Source of the DNA: an uncultured Verrucomicrobiae bacterium
GTDB lineage: Bacteria > Verrucomicrobiota > Verrucomicrobiia > Limisphaerales > JAFGQR01
DNA: 64,000 nt
Direction: 5' to 3'
NCBI GenBank assembly: GCA_963788655.1
Contig: CAWBHS010000026.1
Coordinates: 1-64,000, forward strand
This document shows positions 23,160 to 33,304 of the stretch, one piece after another. The notes beneath the pieces were generated by a model. The model saw nothing but the letters and a program-made list of their open reading frames with translations, did not search any database and had not been told where the DNA came from. Position numbers and translations under genes: made by a program. The stretch's first letter is position 1, and each line of letters begins with the position of its first letter.

Positions 23160-25644
23160 ATGAAACAAGTTGGTTATGTCGCCCTCAATACTCTGCTGCT
23201 TGCCTTGTCTTGTGCGGCTCAGCAAATCCCCATCAACTCTTCCATCGCGTACGACGCGAATGATCCCACCCACGCCATCGTGCTCACGTGGGAAGCGATT
23301 CCGACGAAGATACTACAACGTGTTGACGACGACCGCGCTGGGACAACAGCCCTGGACATCCCTTAATCCCAACCCGATCTACGCGTCCAACAACCTGGTG
23401 CGTTTCGCGGACACCAATGACCAGTCCGCGCGGTTCTACAAGGTGGTCAAACTGGACACGGACCCGCCGGAGGTCTGGCGGGCGGCGCCGGGGGACGGCG
23501 CGATTGCCGTGGGACGGCAAAGCCCGCTGAAGGTATATCTGCAGGACGAAACGGCGATTGATCCCACTTCGATTGCGTTGACGGTGGGCACCAACCCGCC
23601 GGCGACGCTGGCCGATGGACGACTGGCCTACGCGAATGGCATGCTCACCTACACTCCGGGCACCAATGAGTTCCTGGGCAACTACGCCGCGACCGTGAGT
23701 TGCGCCCTGGCCGTGTCCGATACTCTGGGTCAGCGCGGAACCAACGCGTGGTCCTTCGGGCTCGAACTGGAAACGGTTCTGGCGGACAACGTGGTGCTGA
23801 TTGGCAGTCCCCCGGGATTCGCCGCCAAAACCGCCGCCTTGGCCAGTTCCTCCGGGCTGACGCTGGTGTCCACCAATGGAGCGACCTTTGTCTTCAGCTA
23901 TACCGGCGCTTCTTCCGGGCTGACCAATGGCCAAGTCCTGGTGAGCACCGACCCGGCTCATGCCTACAAACGAAAGATCATTTCGCTGGCCGACGATCCG
24001 GGAAACCAGACCGTCACCGTGGTTACCGAACAGGCTTCCTTGGCCGAGTGTGTCCAGCAGGGCAGCATTCGCCTGACCGGAGATTTTGCCGACTTGACCG
24101 GTGGGGGCGCTGGATTCTCCTCGATTGGCGCCACCATCTCCTTGGATGGGACCGAGTTGTTCGACAACGGTACGATCCGGGTGGAAGTGGTTTCCGGGCA
24201 AATCAGCTTCACGCCCGATTTCACCGTTTCCGGTGAGTTCGACTCCGGGCGTCTGGTTTCCTTCGATTCCGAGATCTCCGGCACGGTGGGCTTGGACATG
24301 ACGCTGCGAGGGAGTTTCCAGGTGACCGGTGATTGGGACGGCACCAAACCCCTCATCACTCCCATCCGCAAGGTCAATGTTCTCGCTTGGATTGCGGTTA
24401 TCCCGGTTTGGACCGAAGCGGTGATGGAGTTTGATATTGGTTACGAAGCGCAGGCCGAAGCGTTTGGGGAGGCGACGGCGGGCTTTACGTCCTCGCGGAC
24501 AATGACTTTTGGCGCCCGGCTGCGCGATGGGAATTGGAGCATGTTCCGCGATGAGTCCTCGTCGTTTGTTCCTGTGCCGCCCTCGTGGTCGATCAATGGC
24601 GCGGCCAAGGTGGCGGTTTATGTGGAGCCGAAACTGACGGTGTATTTGGAGAGCCTGGCGGGGCTGTCGGCGAACTTGAAGCCGTATCTGGAGGCGGACG
24701 GCAAGGCATGTGTGGTGCCGGGGCAGGCGGGAGTGGACTTTTCGTTGTATGCGGGTTTGAGCAGCACGTTGGCGGTGGATGTCAGGGGTTGGGATGAGGA
24801 CTGGGGGACGTTGCCTTCGTGGGAACTGTTCAATTTGCGCAAGCAAATCTACCATAAGAACCTGACGACACCCACGGGGCCGCCACCAAATGTTCTGCCG
24901 GGCATGGTGTGGATTCCGTGCGGGAGATTTACCATGGGCAGCCCGGAGAGCGAGCCGGCGCGTTATTCCAACGAAACCCAGCATGAGGTGACGATCAGCC
25001 GGGGGTTTTGGATGGGGAAGTATGAGGTAACTCAGGCGGAGTACCAAGCGGTGATGGGGAGCAATCCGAGCTATTTCCAGGGAGCCAACCTGCCGGTGGA
25101 AACAGTCAGTTGGCATGATGCGGTGGCGTATTGTGCGGCGTTGACGGCGCGGGAGCAGGCGGCGGGGCGGTTGCCCGCAGGGTATGTGTATCGGTTACCG
25201 ACGGAGGCGCAGTGGGAGTATGCGTGCCGGGCCGGGACGACCACGCCGTTCCATTACGGGAACGCGTTGCGTTCGGGGATGGCGAACTTTGATGGCCGTT
25301 ACGAATATCCACCGTGCGGGAGTGACTACTATGGCTGCTACAACCCCGGCGGCACCTACCTGGGGCGAACGACTTCGGTGGGGAGCTATGCGCCGAACGC
25401 GTGGGGATTTTATGACATGCACGGGAATGTGTGGGAGTGGTGTGCGGACTGGTATGGGGCGTACCGATGCGGGGCCCGTGACGGATCCTGTGGGGCCTGC
25501 CACGGGCTCGCACCGCGTGGTCCGCGGCGGCTATTGGCACTCCCTCGCCAGGTACTGCCGGTCAGCGGGTCGCGGCCACGACTACCCGGACTACTGGTAC
25601 GGCAACTCGGGTTCCGGGTGGTGCTGGTCCCAGGTCAGCCATGA
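23160..25644 (+). CDS. DGR target protein: secreted multidomain protein with C-terminal FGE-sulfatase (CLec-fold) domain; frameshifts near 23310, 25464 and 25607
   Basis: Signal peptide MKQVGYVALNTLLLALSCAA; FTMGSP, GKYEVTQAEY, LPVETVSWHDA, RLPTEAQWEYACRAG, NAWGFYDMHGNVWEWC. The shifted frame gives RVVRGGYW...CRSA, and the gene ends GFRVVL. Confidence 0.9.
25502..25644 (+). repeat. DGR variable repeat (VR)
   Basis: acgggctcgcaccgcgtggtccgcggcggctattggcac...gggttccgggtggtgctggtccca aligns codon for codon with 27489-27631. Confidence 0.88.
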
Positions 25645-25776
25645 GCTGGAAGGGGCGGCGGAGCGGCGCCGGAGCAGTCGAGGCGGGGCGAGGGACGAGC
25701 GAAGCCTGACTGCGGAGAGGCAGCGGAGCGACAATGCAAACGTAGCGGCGAAGATGAAAAAGCCCCGCGCAGCGGT

Positions 25777-25799
25777 CGCGATTTTTTTCCAAAATCGCG
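25777..25799 (+). other. Hairpin downstream of VR (candidate DGR target-recognition stem-loop)
   Basis: CGCGATTTT-tttcc-AAAATCGCG forms a perfect 9-bp stem about 130 nt after the target stop codon. Confidence 0.45.
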
Positions 25800-25820
25800 C
25801 GTGCCTTTCCGGCTCCCGCC

Positions 25821-25886
25821 CGGAGCGCGGACATTCTTGTCCGCCTTCCGCGCCGTCCGCTCGTCAGCGGACAAGAATTTTCCGCA
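25821..25886. repeat. Inverted REP pair upstream of the HRDC gene
   Basis: GGAGCGCGGACATTCTTGTCCGC ... GCGGACAAGAATTTTCCGC; the same family recurs at 26408-26477. Confidence 0.75.
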
Positions 25887-25916
25887 CCGATCGGCGCTCC
25901 TGTGAGTGAGGCCGCC

Positions 25917-26380
25917 ATGCAACTGAAAGCTGTTCGTGCTCCCGATCAAGAACCTCGCCGCCGCGGAAGGGCGAGATGAATGCGTTCCTGCGCGGGCACC
26001 GGGTGCTGGCGGTGAAGAAAGAATTCGTGCCGGACGGGGAGAACTCCTTCTGGACTTTTTGCGTGGAATTCCTGGACGGGGCGCCTGGGGGAGCATTACC
26101 CACGGGCAGCAAGCGGCCCAAGGTGGATTACAAGGAGGTGCTGAAGCCGGAGGAATTCGAGGTGTTCAGCCGGCTGCGCGAGTGGCGCAAGGCCGTGGCG
26201 GAGAAGGAAGGGGTGCCGGTGTATGTGGTGCTCAGCAATGAGCAACTGGCTGAAATGGTGCGGCGGCGGGCCTCCAGCAAAGCCCAACTGAAAGAGATCG
26301 AAGGCGTGGGCGACGCCCGCATCGAGAAATACGGCGCGGCGCTGCTGGAGCGGCTCGTTTTCAATCCGGTACCTGAATGA
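25917..26380 (+). CDS. HRDC-domain protein (DGR accessory); 5' end apparently frameshifted
   Basis: FSRLREWRKAVAEKEGVPVYVVLSNEQLAEM...LKEIEGVGDARIEKYG is a classic HRDC domain. Upstream, ATG 25917 reads MQLK/LFVLPIKNLAAAE. Confidence 0.88.
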
Positions 26381-26407
26381 GAGGAGCGCGCGAGCCGGTG
26401 CCGGCCT

Positions 26408-26477
26408 GGAGCGCGGACATTCTTGTCCGCTTGGGCGCCCCACCCGCGCCGGATGCGGACAGGAATGTCCGCGCTCC
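26408..26477. repeat. Inverted REP pair between HRDC and RT
   Basis: GGAGCGCGGACATTCTTGTCCGC ... GCGGACAGGAATGTCCGCGCTCC. Confidence 0.8.
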
Positions 26478-26486
26478 GCCCCCGGC

Positions 26487-27631
26487 ATGAGACGCGCGGG
26501 CCAACTCCTGGCGGCCATCGCCGACCCCGCCAACCTGCGGCTGGCCTTTTGGAAAGCGGCCAAAGGGAAACGCAGCAGGGCGGACTGCCGGGCCTTTCAA
26601 GAGGAACTGGACGCGAACCTCGCGGCCCTTCGCGACGATTTGCTGGCGGGCCAGGCGCGGGCGGGAGCCTACCACTACTTCACCATTCACGATCCCAAGG
26701 AGCGCACGATTTGCGCGGCCAGCTTCCGCGAACGGGTGTTGCACCACGCGCTGATGAACGTCTGCGAGCCGGTGCTGGAGCGGGCGGCCATCTTCGATAG
26801 TTATGCCTGCCGGAAAGGCAAGGGCAACTGGCGGCGGTACGGCGCGCCGAGACCTTTTCCCGGCAATACGGCTGGTTCCTCAAAATGGATGTGCGCAAGT
26901 ACTTCGATTCGGTGGCCCACGGTGTCTTGCGCGGATTGCTGGGCCGGAAGTTCAAGGACGCAGCCGTCCTGGCTTTGTTCGACCAAGTGCTGGCCAGCTA
27001 CCACACGACACGCGGATGCGGCCTGCCGATCGGGAATCTGACCTCGCAGCACTTCGCCAATTTCTACCTGGCGCCGCTGGACCGGTTCCTCAAGGAGCAT
27101 CTGCGGCGCCGGGCTTACGTGCGCTACATGGATGATTTCGTGGTTTGGGGTGACAGCGGCGCCGAACTGCGCGCCGTGTGGCGGGCGGTGGGAACGTTTC
27201 TTTCGGCGGAGTTGCGGCTGGAGTTAAAACCGACCGTGGCGTTGAACAAGACCGCCTTCGGCATGGATTTTCTCGGCTACCGGCTTTTTCCGTGTGACCT
27301 CCGCCTGGCCCGCCGGAGTCAACTGCGTTTTGCCCGCAAGTTCCGCCGCTATGAGCGCGAGCATCGGGAGGGGCGCTGGACGGAGCGGCAATTGGAGCAG
27401 CGGATGCAGGCGCTGGTGGCCTTCACCCTGCCCGCCCGTAGCCGGGACTGGCGAGTCCACGTCATGCACCGATTTGGGGTGGCAACCAACGGGCTCGAAC
27501 CGCGTGATCCGCGGGGGCAGTTGGAACAACAACGCGAACAACTGCCGGTCGGCGAACCGCAACCACAACAACCCGACGAACAGGAACAACAATATCGGGT
27601 TCCGAGTTGTCCTGGCCCCAGCTCAACCTGA
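26487..27631 (+). CDS. DGR-type reverse transcriptase; frameshift near 26824 in a G run
   Basis: [71 protein letters not shown] (SQ motif), [14 protein letters not shown]; no maturase or endonuclease domain. Confidence 0.95.
27489..27631 (+). repeat. DGR template repeat (TR), nested in the RT 3' coding region
   Basis: In the VR frame it reads [44 protein letters not shown], with 13 AAC codons and 1 AAT codon. Confidence 0.92.
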
Positions 27632-27762
27632 GCGTTGGACGACGCTCCGGCTGACCCGGCTGCCATCCTGTCCGCGAGGCTCGCTGTTTCGCGGCAAAGA
27701 GCAGTGAACGAAGGCCCGGTGTGAGTAGTGGAGCGGACGCTTCGCGAAAGCTCCGGGCTTTT
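27630..27762 (+). ncRNA. Candidate structured spacer of the DGR template RNA
   Basis: Stems GAGCGT...ACGCTC, CCGCGA...TCGCGG and GCCCGG...CCGGGC followed by TTTT lie directly 3' of TR. Confidence 0.4.
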
Positions 27763-28161
27763 CACTGGCGCCCAGCGAACCCGCCGCCACACGCCCTGAT
27801 GCCGGTTTAGCCGCCGGTGGACGTGAGCGGTTTCGGATGGGGGACAGTTCTTGGTATGGTACGCGGTTCTTGATAGTGGCAAATACTTGCCAGGCTTCTT
27901 CCCTTGATCCAGCCGAGGCTTCGCATGGCGATCCGCTGCAATTCCTCCGCAAAGGGAAACATGTAAATCTCCCATTGCTTCATGCGTCGAGGACCGGCTT
28001 GGAGCCGCGACAGATTCGTTCTTCAAAACGGGCATCATCGGGATCGGCATAGCACGAGGCAAAGTAACCCGATGGACGTATCGGATTTCCTTCGTTGTTA
28101 AACCAATCTATCCATTGATATTCGCGCTTGCGAGTGTGCAGCCGGGACGGCATGGTTGGGC

Positions 28162-28380
28162 ATGACCTGTGTTGGAAAAGTCGAGAAGGGAACCGTGGTG
28201 CTCCCACCGGAAGTCAAACTGCCGGACGGCACAGAGGTCGTGGTGAGCATTCCGGAATCGACGGCGGGCGGTCCAACCTTTGCCGAACGGTATAAAGCGT
28301 TCATTGGCATGGCCGACGATTTGCCGGAAGATCTTGCCCTAAACCTCGACCACTATTTGCATGGCCACCCGAAGAAATGA
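28162..28380 (+). CDS. Putative antitoxin
   Basis: GKVEKGTVVLPPEVKLPDGTEVVV...DLPEDLALNLDHYLHG; overlaps the PIN gene start. Confidence 0.75.
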   Translation: MTCVGKVEKGTVVLPPEVKLPDGTEVVVSIPESTAGGPTFAERYKAFIGMADDLPEDLALNLDHYLHGHPKK

Positions 28381-28778
28381 AACCCGTCTTCGTGGATTCG
28401 TTTTACTTCGTTGCCTGTCTTAACCGTCATGACCAGCATCACGAAAAGGCGATGACTTCTGCGCGCCAGCCAATGGGGCCGATGATTACGACTCGCTGGG
28501 TGTTGATGGAAGTTGCCGATGCTCTGGCTGCTTCCACTTGCCGCAAGCAAATGGCAGCCTTCATTTCCGCCTTGGAGGCAGACGCCAATGTTCGGCTTGT
28601 TGAGGCGCAGCTAAACCTTTTCCAACGCGGATTGGAACTTTACGACCAGCGGCCGGACAAGGCGTGGACATTGACCGATTGCATCTCATTTGTCGTGATG
28701 GCTGATGAAGGTTTGACGGATGCCCTCACGGGAGACCACCACTTTGAGCAGGCAGGGTTCAAGGCTTTGCTCAGATAG
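28377..28778 (+). CDS. vapC: VapC-family PIN-domain toxin
   Basis: VFVDSFYFVA, TTRWVLMEV, WTLTDCISFVVM, ALTGDHHFEQAGF. Confidence 0.9.
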   Translation: MKPVFVDSFYFVACLNRHDQHHEKAMTSARQPMGPMITTRWVLMEVADALAASTCRKQMAAFISALEADANVRLVEAQLNLFQRGLELYDQRPDKAWTLTDCISFVVMADEGLTDALTGDHHFEQAGFKALLR

Positions 28779-28883
28779 CCTCCAGTTCATCGTGCGCATG
28801 AACGCGTGGGACCAGCGTAGGCCCCGAGCTGTTCGTGCTGTGATAAACGTTCGCAGTTAGAGGCGGAATTTACGGGGCCAAGT

Positions 28884-31800
28884 TCACAGCACTGCCAGCA
28901 ATTTCCTTATCTCATTCAACCGCGCTTTGGCGGTGGTTTTAGTCAGACGGGGGAACTTGCCGTGCAGCATGATGTAATCATTGTAGCGGGTCAGTTTGAG
29001 CTTGTCCTCCTGGGTTTCGATGGAACTGATGCCTTTGGCGCTGGCAATTAACTTCAGGGTGCTGACTTGCAATAGCAATTGCACCGGCTCGGGCAACGGA
29101 CCGAACCGGTCGCGCATTTCGCCTTTCAATTGTTCCAGCGATTCGTCGTCGGTGATTTCGGCCAGCTTGCGGTAGATCTCCAGCCGGTGTTGCGGGTCAG
29201 CAATGTAATTCAGCGGGATGAACGCGCCGGCTTTCTGGACGACTGGTGCTGATCGTGGCGACTTGTCGGAAGCAGGTTCGTCGGCCTCGCTGATATACGT
29301 TGCGGTTTCACGGGGCACGTTGATTTCAAGATCGGTATTGCGTTGGCCGCGACCTTTCTTTTGCTGCTTGCATTGGGTCGCCTGCGCTTCGGCGGCGGCG
29401 GCTTCACCGGCACTGGCGGCCAGGAAATCCAATCGCACCACCACTTCGACGCGCGGTTTGACCTTTTCGCCTTTAAGCGTCGCCACGCTTTGCTTGAGCA
29501 ACTGGCAGTAAAGCTCGAAACCCACGGCGGTGATGTGGCCGCTTTGCTCGGCGCCCAGCAGGTTGCCGGCGCCGCGGATTTCGAGGTCGCGCATGGCGAT
29601 TTTGAAGCCGCTGCCGAGCGTGGAGTATTGCTTGATGGCGCTGATGCGTTTGCGCACGTCGGTCAGCAGGCTGGCGTGGCGCGGCAGCAGCAGATAGGCG
29701 TAAGCCTGATGTTTGTAGCGGCCCACGCGGCCGCGCAATTGGTAAAGGTCGCTCAGGCCGAACCGGTCGGCGCGGTCGATGATGATGGTGTTGGCGTTCG
29801 GAATGTCGAGGCCGCTCTCGATGATGCGTCGTGGAAAGCAGCACGTCGGCTTCGCCGTTGACAAACTTGGCCATCACTTCCTCCAGGTCGTCGCTCGTGC
29901 ATCTGGCCGTGGCCGACGACAATGCGCGCCTGGGGCACCAGCGTCCGCCAGACGTGTGCGCCACAGTCATCGATCGTCGATCACGCGGTTGTGCAGGAAG
30001 AAGACCTGGCCGCCGCGGTTCAATTCGCGCTGGATGGCATCGCGGATGACGCGCTCGTCGTATTGCGACACGATGGTTTCCACCGGCAGCCGGTCATGCG
30101 GCGGCGTCTGGATGGTGCTCATGTCGCGGGCGCCGGTGAGCGCCAGGTAAAGCGTGCGCGGAATCGGCGTGGCGCTCAGCGTGAGCACATCCACCAGCTG
30201 GCGCAGCATCTTGAACTTCTCCTTGTGCAACACGCCGAACCGCTGTTCCTCGTCGATGACCACCAGGCCGAGGTCCTTGAACACGATGTCGCTTCTGCAC
30301 CAGGCGGTGCGTGCCGATGACGATGTCCACCGCGCCGGTCGCCAGATCACGCACGACGCGCTGCCTGGTTCCGGCGGGTGCGGAAGCGGGAGAGCAGTTC
30401 GATGCGGATCGGATAATCCGCCATGCGCTCGCGGAACGTGTTGAAATGCTGCTGCGCCAGCACGGTGGTCGGCACGAGCATGGCCACCTGTTTGCCGTCC
30501 ATCACCGCTTTGAACGCGGCGCGAATGGCGACTTCGGTTTTGCCGAAGCCCACGTCGCCGCAGATCAGACGGTCCATCGGCTTGGGCCGTTCCATGTCGG
30601 ACTTGGTTTCGACGATGGCGCGCATTTGGTCGGGCGTTTCCTCGTAGATGAACGCGCTTTCGAACTCGCGCTGCCAGGGCGTGTCCGCGGGAAAGGCGTG
30701 GCCGGCTGCGATTCGCGCGCGGCCTGGATGGACAGCAAGCTCAGCGGCGACATCCCGCACCGCTTTCTCCGCTTGTTCCTTGGCTTTGTTCCAGCGCGTG
30801 CCGCCGAGCGTGTTCAGCGGCGGACGCGCTTTGCCGGCGCCGACGTATTTGCTGACCAGATGGGCTTCGGTAACGGGCACGTAGAGGTTTGGGCGCCGGC
30901 TGCGTCGGAGTCGCGCGGCGCATATTCGATCACCAGGCATTCCTGGCCTGACTCCGGCAACGGACGCGGCGTGGCGCCTCCGGTCGCCGGCTTGTGCCGG
31001 TCGGCGGCGGCAGAAGCTTCAAGCCCAGGTAACGTCCGATGCCGTGCTGCACATGAACGACGTAATCGCCTTCTTCCAGATCCGTGAAATCAATGTCAAG
31101 CGCCGAGCGCGTCGCCTGGGCGTGCGGCGATTTCAGCCGGCGCGGTCGCTGCACTTTGTAGCGCCCGAAGATCTCCGCGTCGGTGACCACGACCAGTTTC
31201 GCCGAGTCGCTAAGAAATCCGCGGGTTAAGGCGCCCAGGTGCAACACAGGCGGAGCGCCTCGACCGCGGCCAAGGGATGCAGTCCTTTTTGCGTCAACGG
31301 CCGATGAAGCGTTTTCCGGGAGTGAGTTGCCTGTGTCGGTACTAGGAAGTCGAGGAGCTGAACCGGCATCACCCAACCCATATTCCTCCCAAATTTCATG
31401 GAACCGCTGACGTTCGCCGTCGTTGTTGCAAAAGACATGGACTTGGTAGCTCTGGCGCAGCCACCGGTGCAATTGGGCGAAAAACTCGCGGCGTTGTGCT
31501 TCGGCGATGGCTGGTTCCGGCGCGCGATCCACGATGGGCCGGAAGGCGTCGAGAGACGAGAAGGCGAGGTTGCCAAGCGCCGCATCCAACGGTCCCACGC
31601 TGGCTTCCGATGTATCCAATGGCGCAGCAGATGGCTCGCTGGCAGATGCCAATTCGTCGTCAGGTGGAAGTAGTGCTTCGCCTGCGAAACCAGCGACCAC
31701 GGATTCCTCCGCGGACAGTTCTAATTGCGTCATTCCCCGGTCGGCCAGTTCACTCCTGAAGTCTTCCCAATCGATATGAAACGAATCCTCCTCCGGCACC

Positions 31801-32786
31801 AGATCGGCGTAGCTGCCCGCGGTTTCAGCCAGTGCTTCCGGTTCGCACAACAGCCAGATCGCCGCGCGCGGCAAGTAATCCAGTAACGTGGCGAGCGCAG
31901 GGGGATGGTTACTTGTTGAGGGTTGATGGGACGATGCTGGTGGACCGGCGGTATCAGCTTTCAAGGCCAGTTCCTTTTTCAACACGCCCAGTTCCCCGGC
32001 AGGGGAAAGCAGAACGCTCGTGATGGGCTCCCGCGACATTTGGCTGATGGGATCAAAGAACCGCAGCGACTCGACTTCGTTGCCGAAGAATTCCAGCCGG
32101 ACCGGCCAGGGACTGGTGGGCGGAAAAATGTCCAGGATGCCACCGCGCAAGGCGATTTCGCCTTTGTGGTTAACCTGCGCTTCCGGCTCGTAGCCCAAGT
32201 CTTCCAGCCACTCGATCAAGTCGAGCGGATTGATTGGATCGCCGCGTTGCACGGTACGAATGCGCTGCCGCAATTGTTGCGGCGGGTAGGTGCGCTGGAG
32301 CAACGCGGTCACGCTGGCCACCACGATGGGTGACGCGGAAATGTCCGAGCCCGAGGTCGCAACAGTCGCGACCGACGACAAGGCAGCCAGAGTTTCCAGG
32401 CGCTCGCTAATGACGTCCACGTGCGGGAGTTTACCTTCGTGCGGCAGCACTTCCCAGGCGGGATAGAACAGGAGTTGTGAGCTCTGGTTTGCTGGCGGGG
32501 AATCAGCGGTGTTTCCATTTTGGCTCGCTCCATACTTCAGCCACGTGGTGATGTCCTGATGATGACTCTCCTGCGTCTTCAAGCCCTCGGCCACCACGAT
32601 GACCGGACGTTGGGGAAACAACCGATGCAAGAGCACCGCCAGGAAAGGTTGCGCACCCGCGCTGACGCCACCGCAGGGCAAAACACTCCCCTGCTCCAGT
32701 CGCTGTGCCATCGCCTGCACGGTGGGAGTTTGCGCTGCCGCGGCGAACAAATCGTTTGCCACCGTCCTGGATTTCCTGGACGCCAA
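28884..32786 (-). CDS. mfd: Transcription-repair coupling factor; multiple frameshifts
   Basis: [84 protein letters not shown]. Confidence 0.95.
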
Positions 32787-32850
32787 GTTCCCGCAACCTT
32801 GCAGTCAGGGGCCAACTCGTCAAGAATGGGCTGCTGTCCTCCAGTGGTTC

Positions 32851-33243
32851 CAACGTGCTGCCGGCATCCTGCCGGCAGCACGTTGGAACGAAGGCTTCGA
32901 ATCAATGACCAATGCTCAAAACCCAATGACCAGAGAATGCCCAATCCTCAAAATCCAGGGACCGGCTAATCGGCCGGCGGTCGTTTCGTCGTTTCACCTT
33001 GGTGCTTGGACCTTGGGCCTTCATTGGTCATTGGCCGTTGCTGATTAATCAAACGTAACGTCCTAAACTGTCGTTCCCGCCATTGCATTCGTCTGCCCGC
33101 AGGACGCCGGCAGCACGTTGGCCCAGCGTGCTGTCGGCATCCTGCCGGCAGTTTGGAACGGGCCATTCGAATGTTAAGTCCCTCGAGTATTTGGACGCAG
33201 CTCTTGCATCCGACTCTGCCGGCGGGACGCCAGCAGCACGTTG
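32851..33243. repeat. Cluster of REP copies (same family as the 14.8-kb array) plus a heptamer-type inverted element
   Basis: CAACGTGCTGCCGGCATCCTGCCGGCAGCACGTTG at 32851, with related copies at about 33093, 33124 and 33216; AATGACC element at 32903-33035. Confidence 0.75.
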
Positions 33244-33304
33244 CTGAGAGTTATCCGGTCCGCCTCCTTACGTCGGCGGCTACCACGAGTGTGAAAGGTG
33301 CGGG

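Larger units (their letters stand above)
23160..27762 (+). mobile_element. Diversity-generating retroelement: target gene (VR) - HRDC accessory gene - reverse transcriptase containing TR - structured 3' spacer
   Basis: DGR-type RT; an AAC-rich template repeat that aligns to the 3' end of an FGE-sulfatase/CLec gene with mismatches concentrated at TR adenines. Confidence 0.92.

Noticed and set aside
25464..25607. Alternative C-terminal peptide of the DGR target (CGARDGSCGACH...) shown in the ORF track
   Set aside because: It results from compensating +1/-1 indels; the shifted frame restores the canonical RVVRGGxW...RSA...GFR motif. A real indel cannot be excluded without reads.
26487..27631. 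Group II intron or retron RT
   Set aside because: It has no maturase/endonuclease domain or retron VTG motif; the SQ motif and the TR/VR pair indicate a DGR.
27294..27707. Asn-rich ORF as a separate FGE-domain gene
   Set aside because: It is the template repeat read in the VR frame and lacks the rest of the domain.
27830..28130. Possible degraded gene or transposase remnant on the minus strand
   Set aside because: There are only short protein-like patches and no recognisable motif.
28779..28870. Possible integron attC site after vapC (GTTAGAG)
   Set aside because: No matching RYYYAAC inverse core site or integron integrase was found.
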